From Polyangiales bacterium (GTDB taxonomy: Bacteria; Myxococcota_A; Polyangia; Polyangiales; Ga0077539), in assembly GCA_046351535.1 (NCBI GenBank), contig JAXLYG010000005.1, forward strand, positions 293,334-357,333: DNA of 64,000 nucleotides, in the 5' to 3' direction. Made by a program: the position numbers and the translations under genes. Below are positions 36,961-45,815 of the stretch, piece after piece. Position 1 is the first letter of the stretch. Each line of letters begins with the position of its first letter. The notes under the pieces are model-generated. The model made no database searches, was not told the DNA's origin, and saw only the letters and a list, made by a program, of their open reading frames with translations.

Positions 36961-37503
36961 GTGACGGTCTTCACCACCCACGCGCGCGTCGCAGCGGTCC
37001 TCGCGCTCTCCCTCACGGGCTGCGCCGATCGGCCTCGCGAGATGCGTCCCCCGCCCGACGGGGGCGCGGTGACGGTGATGCCGCGCGTGCCTCACCTCGC
37101 GACGTACCCGTGCATGCAGCGCTGCCACAACGACCGCGCGCCGAACCCCACGCCGCGGGAGATGCGCGAGTTCCACACGGGCCGCGTGCTCCGTCACGGT
37201 CCGACGATTCGCAACTGCGACTTCTGCCACCCCTCGGGCGAGCTCGATCACCTGAGGCTCATCAACGGCGACGCGGTCTCGTTCAACGAGTCGTATCGCC
37301 TCTGCGGCCAGTGCCACGGCGAGAAGCTCCGCGACTGGGAGCACGGCGTCCACGGCTCGCAGTCGGGCTCGTGGGCGGGCGCGAGGCTCCGCCGCGCGTG
37401 CACGGTCTGCCACGACCCGCACGCGCCGCAGCGCCCGCAGTTCGACCCCATCCCGCCGCCGCAACGAGACCGCGCATTCCCCGCTGGAGGACATCACCCG
37501 TGA
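36961..37503 (+). CDS. Small tetraheme cytochrome c lipoprotein (NrfB/c3-like)
   Basis: Lipobox LSLTGCAD. Heme motifs CMQRCH (CX3CH), CDFCH, CGQCH, CTVCH. The GTG start was chosen after a GGGGGA RBS; 36946 is an alternative. Confidence 0.7.
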   Translation: MTVFTTHARVAAVLALSLTGCADRPREMRPPPDGGAVTVMPRVPHLATYPCMQRCHNDRAPNPTPREMREFHTGRVLRHGPTIRNCDFCHPSGELDHLRLINGDAVSFNESYRLCGQCHGEKLRDWEHGVHGSQSGSWAGARLRRACTVCHDPHAPQRPQFDPIPPPQRDRAFPAGGHHP

Positions 37504-38435
37504 GCGAGCACGACGACCCCGAGATCGTAGAGGCGCTCGAGCGAGCGAAGGTCACCCGGCGACGCTTTCTCGCCACCGTGGGCGCCGCCTCGGCCGCCGC
37601 CTGCGCGTCGGGATGCAGCGGCGGCGGCAGCGCCCGCTCCGCGGCCTGGGAGGAGTTCTTTCAGCAGCACTACAAGCGCCTCTCCGACGAGGACAAGCGC
37701 GCCATCTTCGCGCGCCTCGAGGAGAAGGTGCGGCGCAGCCACGGCGTGCGGGTGCACATCTCCGACCCCGCGCCGATGCAGGGCGTCGAGTACGGCTACG
37801 CGCTCAACCTCTCGGCCTGCGTGGGCTGCCGCCGCTGCGAGTACGCGTGCGTGGCGGAGAACAACCAGTCGCGCGATCCCGAGATCCACTACATCAAGAT
37901 CCTTCAGATGGAGAAGGGCTCGATGGACGTCGAGCGCTCGGAGACCCAGTACGAGGGGCCCGTGCCGAGCGAGGGGCACTTCTACATGCCCGTGCAGTGC
38001 CACCAGTGCCGCGAGGCGCCCTGCGTGAAGGCCTGCCCGGTGAACGCCACGTGGACCGAGCCCGACGGGATCACCGTCGTCGACTACAACTGGTGCATCG
38101 GGTGCCGCTACTGCGAGGCCGCGTGCCCGTACTTCGCGCGGCGCTTCAACTTCGCCGAGGGCGACATCAGGCCCTCGGAGATCAACCCCGACCAGGGCTA
38201 CCTCTCGAACCGGCTGAGGCCCGCGGGCGTGGTCGAGAAGTGCACCTTCTGTCTCCACCGCGTGCGGCGGGGAGAGTATCCGGCGTGCCTCGAGGCCTGT
38301 CCGACGGGGGCGCGCAAGTTCGGCAACCTCCTCGATCCGACGAGCGAGGTCCGCCAGGTCATCGACACGAAGCGCGTCTACGTGCTCCACGAAGAGGCCG
38401 GCACGCTGCCGCGCTTCTATTACTTCTTCGACTGA
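37500..38435 (+). CDS. Tat-exported 4x[4Fe-4S] ferredoxin-type subunit (NrfC/PsrB/HybA-like)
   Basis: Twin-arginine signal (TRRRFLATVGAA). Four Cys clusters (CVGCRRCEYAC...CP; CHQCREAPCVKACP; CIGCRYCEAACP; CTFC...CLEACP). GTG start overlaps the upstream stop. Confidence 0.8.
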   Translation: MSEHDDPEIVEALERAKVTRRRFLATVGAASAAACASGCSGGGSARSAAWEEFFQQHYKRLSDEDKRAIFARLEEKVRRSHGVRVHISDPAPMQGVEYGYALNLSACVGCRRCEYACVAENNQSRDPEIHYIKILQMEKGSMDVERSETQYEGPVPSEGHFYMPVQCHQCREAPCVKACPVNATWTEPDGITVVDYNWCIGCRYCEAACPYFARRFNFAEGDIRPSEINPDQGYLSNRLRPAGVVEKCTFCLHRVRRGEYPACLEACPTGARKFGNLLDPTSEVRQVIDTKRVYVLHEEAGTLPRFYYFFD

Positions 38436-38448
38436 GGGGAATGGCGCG

Positions 38449-39699
38449 ATGGGCTCGGTGGCGATGCACGTGCGTGAGCTGTTCGCGTTTGTGAAGGCCT
38501 CGGCGGTCGAGGTCGCGCGCGGCAGCCGCGGGTACTACCGCTGGCTGGCGTTCCTGACGGCGCTGGTGGTCCTCGGCGGCCTCGCGTGGGCGCAGCAGCT
38601 CATGCGCGGGATGACCGTCACGGCGATGACCGACCAGGTCCCGTGGGGGGCCTACATCGCGAACTTCTCGTTCACCGTGGGCCTCGCGTCCGCGGCGCTC
38701 GTGATGGTCGCGCTGGCGTACATCCGTCACGACGAGCGGGCCGCCGAGCTCGTCATCGTGGGGCAGGTGATGGCCATCGCCGCGCTCACGATGGGGATGC
38801 TCTTCGTCGTCGTCGACATCGGCCGCCCCGACCGCGCGTGGCACCTCATGCCGGGCCTCGGGCGCTTCAACTTCCCCATCTCGATGCTGTCGTGGGACGT
38901 GGTCGTCCTCAACGGCTACCTGCTGCTGAACTTCTACCTCGCGACGTACACCCTCCTCGCGCGCTTCCGCGGTAGGCCCATCGACAAGAAGAAGTATCGC
39001 CCCGTGCTCGGCGCCGCGATGGTGTGGGCCGTGTCGATCCACGTGGTCGCCGCGTTCCTCTACTGCGGCCTCGCGGGCAGGCCCCACTGGCACGCCGCGG
39101 TGCTCGCGCCTCGCGTCGTCGCCTCGGCCTTCGGCAGCGGCCCCGCGATGCTCATCATCGTGCTCACGGTCATCCGCGACCGCATGAACGCCCCCGTGCG
39201 CGACGAGACCATCGGGCTCCTCCGCGGGATCGTCACGGCGGCCGTGTACGCCAACCTCTTCCTCCTCGGCGCCGAGCTCTTCACCGAGCTCTACGGCGGC
39301 TCGGTGCACTCGGCGCCGCTGCGCTACCTGCTCTTCGGGCTCCACGGTCACCACCTGCTCGTGCCGTACATGTGGCTCTCGATCGTGCTCGATCTCTTCT
39401 CGGCGACGGTGTTCTCGCTGCCGGGCCTCTTCAACCGCAAGCGCGTGCTCCTCACCGCGTGCGGCACGACCATCGTCGGCATGTGGATCGAGAAGGGCAT
39501 GGGCCACGTCATCCCGGGCTTCATTCCGAGCTCCCTCGGCGAGATCGTCGAGTACAGCCCGTCGCTCACCGAGACGCTCGTCTGCGCGGGCGTGTGGGCC
39601 GCGGGCGGGCTCGTGCTCACCCTGATGCTCAAGGTCGCGATCCCCGTCGAGTTCCACGGGCTCCGCATCGATCGCCCCGAGGCGGGAGGTGCGTCGTGA
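38449..39699 (+). CDS. NrfD/PsrC-family integral membrane quinol-interacting subunit
   Basis: 416 aa with about 10 TM helices. Its size and position after an NrfC-like gene are typical of NrfD/PsrC/ActC. Confidence 0.75.
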   Translation: MGSVAMHVRELFAFVKASAVEVARGSRGYYRWLAFLTALVVLGGLAWAQQLMRGMTVTAMTDQVPWGAYIANFSFTVGLASAALVMVALAYIRHDERAAELVIVGQVMAIAALTMGMLFVVVDIGRPDRAWHLMPGLGRFNFPISMLSWDVVVLNGYLLLNFYLATYTLLARFRGRPIDKKKYRPVLGAAMVWAVSIHVVAAFLYCGLAGRPHWHAAVLAPRVVASAFGSGPAMLIIVLTVIRDRMNAPVRDETIGLLRGIVTAAVYANLFLLGAELFTELYGGSVHSAPLRYLLFGLHGHHLLVPYMWLSIVLDLFSATVFSLPGLFNRKRVLLTACGTTIVGMWIEKGMGHVIPGFIPSSLGEIVEYSPSLTETLVCAGVWAAGGLVLTLMLKVAIPVEFHGLRIDRPEAGGAS

Positions 39700-40346
39700 G
39701 GCGCTTCTTCTTCGGGCTCGCGCTCGCGGTCACCGCGTCGTGCCAGAGCCCCACGCCCACGACGAACGTCGGCGCCGACACGCTCGACCTCGGGCTCACG
39801 CCCGCGGGCGCGGTCTCGGGCGAGCTCGACGGCGCGCGCTTCACGCTGCGTGAGGCGTGGTTCCGCGTCGATCGCAGGGAGCCGCGCGCGCGCGTCGACC
39901 TCATCCTCTCGGAGGGGCGCGCCACACGGCTCTGCGCCACGTCCGATCCGCCGCACGCGCGGCACATCCTCGTGCGCGTCCCGCGCGCGCAGTCGCTCGC
40001 CGTGGGGACCCTGCGTGGCGCGCCGGGCGCCGAGACGCCGGTCTCCGCGAACTTCGAGACCCACGCGTCGGACCACTGGGTCGGGCGACCCGGGAGCGTC
40101 GCCATCGCGATCGACACCTCGACGCCGACGCTCGTCACCGGGCGCATCCGCGCGTGCTTCGGCCCCGGCGCAGAGGGCTGCGTGGCGGGCGCCTTTCAGG
40201 CTCGTCAGTGCGTGACCGAGCTCGACCTCGACGGCCCGCTCACCGGGAACGTGCGCCCCTCGACGGACGACGCGGGCGCGCCCGCCGCCGCCCCCGCCGC
40301 AGGACACGCAGTGCCGCCGACCGAGCACGGAGGCGCGTCGCCGTGA
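39696..40346 (+). CDS. Lipoprotein of unknown function, within the cytochrome operon
   Basis: GTG start after a GGGAGG RBS, overlapping the upstream stop. Lipobox VTASCQS. Confidence 0.5.
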   Translation: MRRFFFGLALAVTASCQSPTPTTNVGADTLDLGLTPAGAVSGELDGARFTLREAWFRVDRREPRARVDLILSEGRATRLCATSDPPHARHILVRVPRAQSLAVGTLRGAPGAETPVSANFETHASDHWVGRPGSVAIAIDTSTPTLVTGRIRACFGPGAEGCVAGAFQARQCVTELDLDGPLTGNVRPSTDDAGAPAAAPAAGHAVPPTEHGGASP

Positions 40347-41926
40347 AGTCTCCAAGGCGTGAGAGAGGGGCTTCGAAGGGCGCTGCCGCGGCGCGCGTCG
40401 CGGGCGTCCTCGCGCTCACGTTGCAGGGCTGCGCCGACGTGCGCGAGACCCCCACGGTCGCCACGCCCGACTGGGAGCTCGACCTGCGCCCCGCGCTCAC
40501 CGCCGCCTGCGCCCGCTGCCACGACGGCGACACCCCCGCGGGTGACTGGGCCGTCAGCCGCTACACCGACGCCGTCTCGTGCTTCGAATCGCTCGACGGC
40601 GGCGTGGGCGTGAGCGTCGCCAATCGACTACGTCGCGCGCTCGGTCGCGACGACCACGCGTCGTACTTCAACGCCGCGCTCCGACGCAGCATCGACGCGT
40701 GGATCACTGGAGGCGCGAGGCCCCGCCGCGGATCGATGCACGAGGGCGGCTTCGTCGACCCGCGCTCCCCGTACTTTCACGGCCGACTGCTCCGCGCGTC
40801 TCGCTGGGCGCAGATGCTCGACGGCACCCGTCAGGACGCCTGCGGACGCTGTCACGACGGCACGCCCTCGCGTCCGAGCACCGTGCGAGAGGGCGCTCCC
40901 GCGGCGGGCGCGACGCCCTGCACCGCGTGTCACACCGCGACCGCGGGCGTGCTCGACTGCTCGACCTGCCACGGCGAGGGCGGACGCGTCTGGCCCGGAC
41001 CGACCTGCCGCATGCTCCCCGCCACGCACGGCGACGCGCACGCGCGACACGTGCTCCCGGGCGCGGCGCTGCTTCAGCCCCTCGCGTGCGCGACCTGTCA
41101 CCCCGCGCGCGACACCAACCTCGCGACGGGCTCGCACGGCGACGGCACCATCGACGTCCGCTTCGACACCGCGATCGTCGGCGCCACGGCGCGCTACGAC
41201 GCGGCCAGCGGGTCGTGCACCGTCTCGTGCCACAGCGCCGACGCGATGAGCCCCACGCCGCACTGGCGCACGCCGTCGTCGGGCCCCACCTGCGCGGGCT
41301 GTCACGGCGCCCCCCCGGCGGGCCACTGGACGCAGCCCTGCACCACCTGTCACTTCGAAGCCAACGCGACGGGTACCGCGCTCGCGCGCGCCGCGCTGCA
41401 CCTCAACGGCCGCGTCGACTTCGGCGACGGCACCAACAACTGCGGCTCGTGCCACGGCAGCAACGGCGACCCGTGGCCGCGCGACGCGACCCACCAGGCC
41501 CACCGCAACGCCAGCGTCACCACGCCGGTGACCTGCGACGAGTGCCACGAGGTCCCCGCCACGATCACCGCCGCGGGGCACCTCGACGATCGCGGCGCGG
41601 GCGACCTGCGCTTCGGCGCGAGGGCGACCGCGCGCGGCGCGAGGCCGTCGTACGTGAGCGGCTCGTGCGTCTCGGTCGCGTGTCACGGCGAGAACCTCAT
41701 CGGGCGCTCCGGCGTGCGCATCGCGTGGCGCGGCGGCTCCGTTGCGGGCAACTGCGTCGGATGTCACGGCGCGCCGCCCGCGCTGCCCCACTCGAACAAC
41801 GGCTCGTGTGAGCTCGTGCTGTGTCACGGCTCCGAGGTCGAGCGCGTCGACGGCGCGCTGCGGATCATCGCGTCTCAGCGCGCCTCGCACATCAACGGCG
41901 TCGTGACCGCGGGGGGTGCGCGATGA
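40343..41926 (+). CDS. 13-heme c-type cytochrome lipoprotein of the Geobacter CX(3-4)CH...CXXCH type
   Basis: Lipobox LTLQGCAD. Ten CxxCH motifs plus CTVSCH (CX3CH), CVSVACH and CELVLCH (CX4CH). GTGA overlap with the upstream gene. Confidence 0.8.
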   Translation: MKSPRRERGASKGAAAARVAGVLALTLQGCADVRETPTVATPDWELDLRPALTAACARCHDGDTPAGDWAVSRYTDAVSCFESLDGGVGVSVANRLRRALGRDDHASYFNAALRRSIDAWITGGARPRRGSMHEGGFVDPRSPYFHGRLLRASRWAQMLDGTRQDACGRCHDGTPSRPSTVREGAPAAGATPCTACHTATAGVLDCSTCHGEGGRVWPGPTCRMLPATHGDAHARHVLPGAALLQPLACATCHPARDTNLATGSHGDGTIDVRFDTAIVGATARYDAASGSCTVSCHSADAMSPTPHWRTPSSGPTCAGCHGAPPAGHWTQPCTTCHFEANATGTALARAALHLNGRVDFGDGTNNCGSCHGSNGDPWPRDATHQAHRNASVTTPVTCDECHEVPATITAAGHLDDRGAGDLRFGARATARGARPSYVSGSCVSVACHGENLIGRSGVRIAWRGGSVAGNCVGCHGAPPALPHSNNGSCELVLCHGSEVERVDGALRIIASQRASHINGVVTAGGAR

Positions 41927-43260
41927 GGCCCGCCGTCGTCATCGTGGCGCTCGTGCTCGTCGTCGAGCGCGGCGACGCCCTCGCGCAGTCGCACGCCGAG
42001 TCGCGCGACGAGTCGCACGTCAGCGTGCGCATCGACAGCGTGTTCCGCGGCGTCCCGCGCTACGTGCTCACCGCGGCCGACGGGCAGGCGAGCGCCGCCG
42101 ACCGATACTGGCGCACCGTCACGCTCGCGCCGATCATGGCGCGCGCAACGCTCGACGCGCGCGGGCTCTCGAACGGTCACCTCGAGGCGCACCTCAACGC
42201 CTGGGGCGCCGTCGACCTCGCCGCGGCGGACCCGCAGGCGTACGCGGCGGGCGACCTCGCCGTCGCGTGGGCGCGCTACGCGGCGGGGCCGTGGGGCGTG
42301 TGGGCCGGGCGACGCTTTCTCCCCTGGGGCTCGCCCGGCGGCGTGCACATCGACGGGATCGGCGGAGAGGTCATCGCGGGCGGCTTCAACGCCGAGGTGA
42401 TGGTCGGACGCCCCGTGACCCCCGCGTACGGCGCGCTGGTCGGCGCGCAGCCCTCGTTCGACGGCGTGACCGTGGCCTACGGCGCGCGCGTCGGGTGGAT
42501 GCAGGCTGGCACCTTCGCGGCCTCGGCGTCGTACCTCGAGCGCTGGGCCTACGGCGTCGCGGGCGTGCGCGCCCTCTCGCTCGACGCGTCGTTCACGCCG
42601 ACGGAGCGCCTCGACCTCCGCGCGGGGATCGCCTTCGACGCGGCCGGCGGCGGCGTCACGCAGGCGAGCGCCGACGTCGACTGGACGCCGGCGTCGTGGG
42701 GGCTCGTCGGCGCGGGCTACGCGCACGTCGACCCGTCGAGGCTCATCCCGAAATGGTCGATCTTGAGCGTGTTCGCGACGCAGGTCTTCGATGAGATGAG
42801 GGCGTCGTTCACGTGGCGTCCCTCGCGCGTGGTGTCGCTGCGCCTCGAGGGCGCCGGGCAGCGCTATGACATCCCCGGTTCGAACGAGGACGCGCGCTGG
42901 GGCTCCCGCGTCGAGGCGATGCTGCGGGTGACCTCTCGCGATCGCTCGCGGCAGGGGACGCTCTCGGCGAGCCGCCGCGATGACGGCGTGCGACCGCTCA
43001 CGCTCGTGCGCATCGCGGGCATGTGGACGCTGCCTCGCAACATCGGGGTCGCGCTCGAAGGCGCCGCGGCGCTCGACGACGACGACCCGAGCTCGCCGCG
43101 CACGTCGCTCTACGCGCGCGCCGCGGTCGACGTCCCCCTCGGACACGGCTGGCGCGTCGGCGCCGCCATCGACGGCGTGCGGTCGCCCATCGCGCTCAGC
43201 GAGCTGCGCGGGCTCGCCCACGGGACCTGGACCTTCGAGAGCCGCGGAGGCGCGCGATGA
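41923..43260 (+). CDS. Putative outer-membrane beta-barrel (porin-like) protein embedded between cytochrome genes
   Basis: Signal peptide (VALVLVVERGDALAQS). Gly/Ala/aromatic-rich with an alternating amphipathic pattern. No heme motif. ATGA overlaps on both sides. Its position matches Pcc-type porin genes. Confidence 0.45.
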   Translation: MRPAVVIVALVLVVERGDALAQSHAESRDESHVSVRIDSVFRGVPRYVLTAADGQASAADRYWRTVTLAPIMARATLDARGLSNGHLEAHLNAWGAVDLAAADPQAYAAGDLAVAWARYAAGPWGVWAGRRFLPWGSPGGVHIDGIGGEVIAGGFNAEVMVGRPVTPAYGALVGAQPSFDGVTVAYGARVGWMQAGTFAASASYLERWAYGVAGVRALSLDASFTPTERLDLRAGIAFDAAGGGVTQASADVDWTPASWGLVGAGYAHVDPSRLIPKWSILSVFATQVFDEMRASFTWRPSRVVSLRLEGAGQRYDIPGSNEDARWGSRVEAMLRVTSRDRSRQGTLSASRRDDGVRPLTLVRIAGMWTLPRNIGVALEGAAALDDDDPSSPRTSLYARAAVDVPLGHGWRVGAAIDGVRSPIALSELRGLAHGTWTFESRGGAR

Positions 43261-44321
43261 GCCGCCTCTTCGTCGTCCTCGCCGCGCTCCTCTTCGCCGT
43301 GAGCTGTCAGCGCGGAGACACCGAGCGGGTGCGCCCCGACGCGATCCGCTTCTCGCACGGCAAGCACCTGCGCGCGGGCGCGACGTGCCCGCAGTGCCAC
43401 GCGCGCGTCGTCGACCCCGCCGCGGACACCGCCCGCACGCGCAACCTCGCGCTCCCCGCGGAGGCGGTATGCACGGGCTGCCACACGCGCCCCGAGGAGC
43501 GCGCGTGCGCCTACTGCCACGCCGAGCCGCGCAACCCTCGCACGTACCTCCGCACCGACCGCGAGCTCAACTTCTCGCACGCGACGCACGTCGCCCGCGA
43601 GCGCGGCGGCTGCGTGTCGTGCCACGGCCTGCGCGCCGACACGTCGACGGTGCGGCCCTTCGAGCCCGAGATCCCGACGATGGCCGGGTGCGCCACGCGC
43701 TGCCACGACGCGGACATGCGCGCGATGAACTGCACCAAGTGTCACCGCAGCCTCGACCGCTACAGCATGGAGGACCTCGCCTTCGTGCGGCACCCCGCGG
43801 GCTTCGCGCGGCGACACGGGACGCAGGCGCGCGCCGAGAGCAACCTCTGCTCGCAGTGTCACGAGCCCAACTTCTGCGCGCGGTGCCACAACCCGAGCGC
43901 GGGCGCGCCGCTGGCCGACCTGGAGCTCATGTCGGTCGCGCGAGATTTCGTGCACCGCGGTGACTTCCAGGCGAGGCACGCCGACGAGGCGCGGCTCACG
44001 CAGAACACCTGCACGCGCTGCCACGCCGTCGAGACCTGCGACGGGTGCCACCGCACGAGCGGCATCGGCGGAGGCGTCGGCCCGAGGGCCACGCACCCCG
44101 TCGGCTGGCTCGACCCCAACTCGCCGCGCAGCCACGCGCGTGAGGCGCGGCGGAACATCCTCGCGTGCGCGTCGTGTCACGAGACCGACGCCGCGCAGGT
44201 CTGCACGCCCTGCCACCGCGAGGGCGGCGGCGCGGGCAACCCCCACCCGCCCGGATTCGCGGCGGGCTTCGATCGAACGCAGCACTCGGTCTGCCTCGTG
44301 TGCCATACACACGCGCCTTGA
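43257..44321 (+). CDS. 13-heme c-type cytochrome lipoprotein
   Basis: Lipobox LFAVSCQR. Twelve CxxCH motifs plus CATRCH (CX3CH). ATGA overlap with the upstream gene. Confidence 0.85.
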   Translation: MSRLFVVLAALLFAVSCQRGDTERVRPDAIRFSHGKHLRAGATCPQCHARVVDPAADTARTRNLALPAEAVCTGCHTRPEERACAYCHAEPRNPRTYLRTDRELNFSHATHVARERGGCVSCHGLRADTSTVRPFEPEIPTMAGCATRCHDADMRAMNCTKCHRSLDRYSMEDLAFVRHPAGFARRHGTQARAESNLCSQCHEPNFCARCHNPSAGAPLADLELMSVARDFVHRGDFQARHADEARLTQNTCTRCHAVETCDGCHRTSGIGGGVGPRATHPVGWLDPNSPRSHAREARRNILACASCHETDAAQVCTPCHREGGGAGNPHPPGFAAGFDRTQHSVCLVCHTHAP

Positions 44322-44346
44322 GACTCCGACGGAGACGTGACTTCCG

Positions 44347-44802
44347 ATGAGCGATCAACAGCGACCCCCGGACCCGAAGCGTCGAAGGCTCCTCGACGGC
44401 GCGCTCGTGGTCGCCTCCTGCGCGGCGGGCGTGTCGGCGGCGTTGCCCGCCGTGCGCTTCGCCACACCCCCGTCGGATGGGGCGACGGGAGCCTCCGCGT
44501 CGGTGCGCCGCACTGAGGTGCTCGCCGCGGGGTCGAAGCTCGTCGAGGTCGCGGGCGACGTGGTGCTCGTGGTCGCGGTGGGCGGCGAGCTCCGCGCCTT
44601 CTCCGCGCGCTGCACGCACCTCGGGTGCACGGTGCGCTACGCCCGCGCCACGGGCGAGATCGAGTGTCCGTGTCACGGCGGCCGCTTCGCCGTCGACGGG
44701 CGGGTGATCGCGGGGCCGCCTCCCGCGCCGCTCCACGAGTACGAGGTGACCGTCGCGGGCGACGACGTCGTGATCGAACGGAGGCGCGCATGGACCGGGT
44801 GA
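44347..44802 (+). CDS. Rieske [2Fe-2S] protein with Tat signal
   Basis: RRRLLDGALVVA twin-arginine signal. CTHLGC ... CPCHGG Rieske boxes. Confidence 0.9.
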   Translation: MSDQQRPPDPKRRRLLDGALVVASCAAGVSAALPAVRFATPPSDGATGASASVRRTEVLAAGSKLVEVAGDVVLVVAVGGELRAFSARCTHLGCTVRYARATGEIECPCHGGRFAVDGRVIAGPPPAPLHEYEVTVAGDDVVIERRRAWTG

Positions 44803-45815
44803 ACCCCACCGACTCGCTCGCGTCGCGCTACCCCACCGACGCCCTGCGGCTCCGCCTCACGGAGGCCCGCGTCGACGGCTCGCGCATGGCGCTGACGCTC
44901 CTGGCCGCGCTCTCCGCGGCGCTCGTCGCCGTCGAGTTCGCGACGGGCGCGCTGCTCGCGCTCTACTACCGCCCCGAGCGCGAGGGCGCCCGCGCGTCGG
45001 TGCAGTTCATCATCTCGCGCGTGGAGTTCGGCGAGCTCGTCCGATCGATCCACGTGTGGGGCTCGCACGCGCTGCTCGCGTCGCTCTTCGCGCTCGTGGG
45101 CGTGGCGCTCTTCGCGGGCGTCCACCGCCGACCGGGCGAGGTCGCCTGGTGCGCGCTGGTCACGGCGTGGTTCCTCGGGCTCGCGTCGGCCTTCACGGGC
45201 GCGATGCTCCCGTGGACGGCGCGCAGCGCGCTCGACGCGACGCTCGCCTCGGAGGCCACGTCGCGGCTGCCGATCCTCGGACCGGGCCTCCGCGCGATCG
45301 TGTTCGGCGCGCCGTCGCAGGGCGTCGACCTCGTGCGCGCGCAGGGGATCCACCTCGGCGCGCTCCCGTCGCTCTGGGGCATCGTGCTGCTCGTGGCGGT
45401 GTTCCACGCGCTCGGTCGCCTCGTGCAGGAGCCGCCGCGCGAGGGGACGCGGGTCTTCCCCGACGTCATGTTCCGCGCCGCGGCCCTCAGCGTCACGGCC
45501 TTCGGCGCCCTCCTCGCGCTCGCCTCGTGGAGGCCCGCGGGCCTCGCCGAGGCGCCGTCGCCCACGCACGCGCTCACGGGCGACCTCCGCCCGACCTGGT
45601 ACCTCGCGCCCATCGACGGTCTGCTCCGCGCCGCGCCGCCTACGATCGTAGGCATCCCCGGCGTGACCGTGCTGGTCTCGCTCGCCGCGGTGGGGGCGCT
45701 CGCCGCGCTCTCGCTGCCCCTCGTCGACCGTGGAGGCGGACGCCTCGGTCAGCGGATCGGACTCGCGCTGTATGCGCTCCTGCTGGGGGTGATGACCTTT
45801 GCGCTCCTTCGCTGA
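44790..45815 (+). CDS. Cytochrome b (bc/b6f-type, fused N- and C-terminal domains)
   Basis: ALYYRPERE...IHVWGSHALLASLF matches the His-ligand helix pattern. About 8 TM helices. Start overlaps the Rieske stop by 13 nt. Confidence 0.75.
   Translation: MDRVNPTDSLASRYPTDALRLRLTEARVDGSRMALTLLAALSAALVAVEFATGALLALYYRPEREGARASVQFIISRVEFGELVRSIHVWGSHALLASLFALVGVALFAGVHRRPGEVAWCALVTAWFLGLASAFTGAMLPWTARSALDATLASEATSRLPILGPGLRAIVFGAPSQGVDLVRAQGIHLGALPSLWGIVLLVAVFHALGRLVQEPPREGTRVFPDVMFRAAALSVTAFGALLALASWRPAGLAEAPSPTHALTGDLRPTWYLAPIDGLLRAAPPTIVGIPGVTVLVSLAAVGALAALSLPLVDRGGGRLGQRIGLALYALLLGVMTFALLR

Noticed and set aside
41923-43260. Calling the beta-barrel candidate a cytochrome
   Set aside because: The product has no CxxCH or CxnCH motif, although its neighbours are heme-dense. 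The composition suggests a barrel, so it is reported only as a putative porin.
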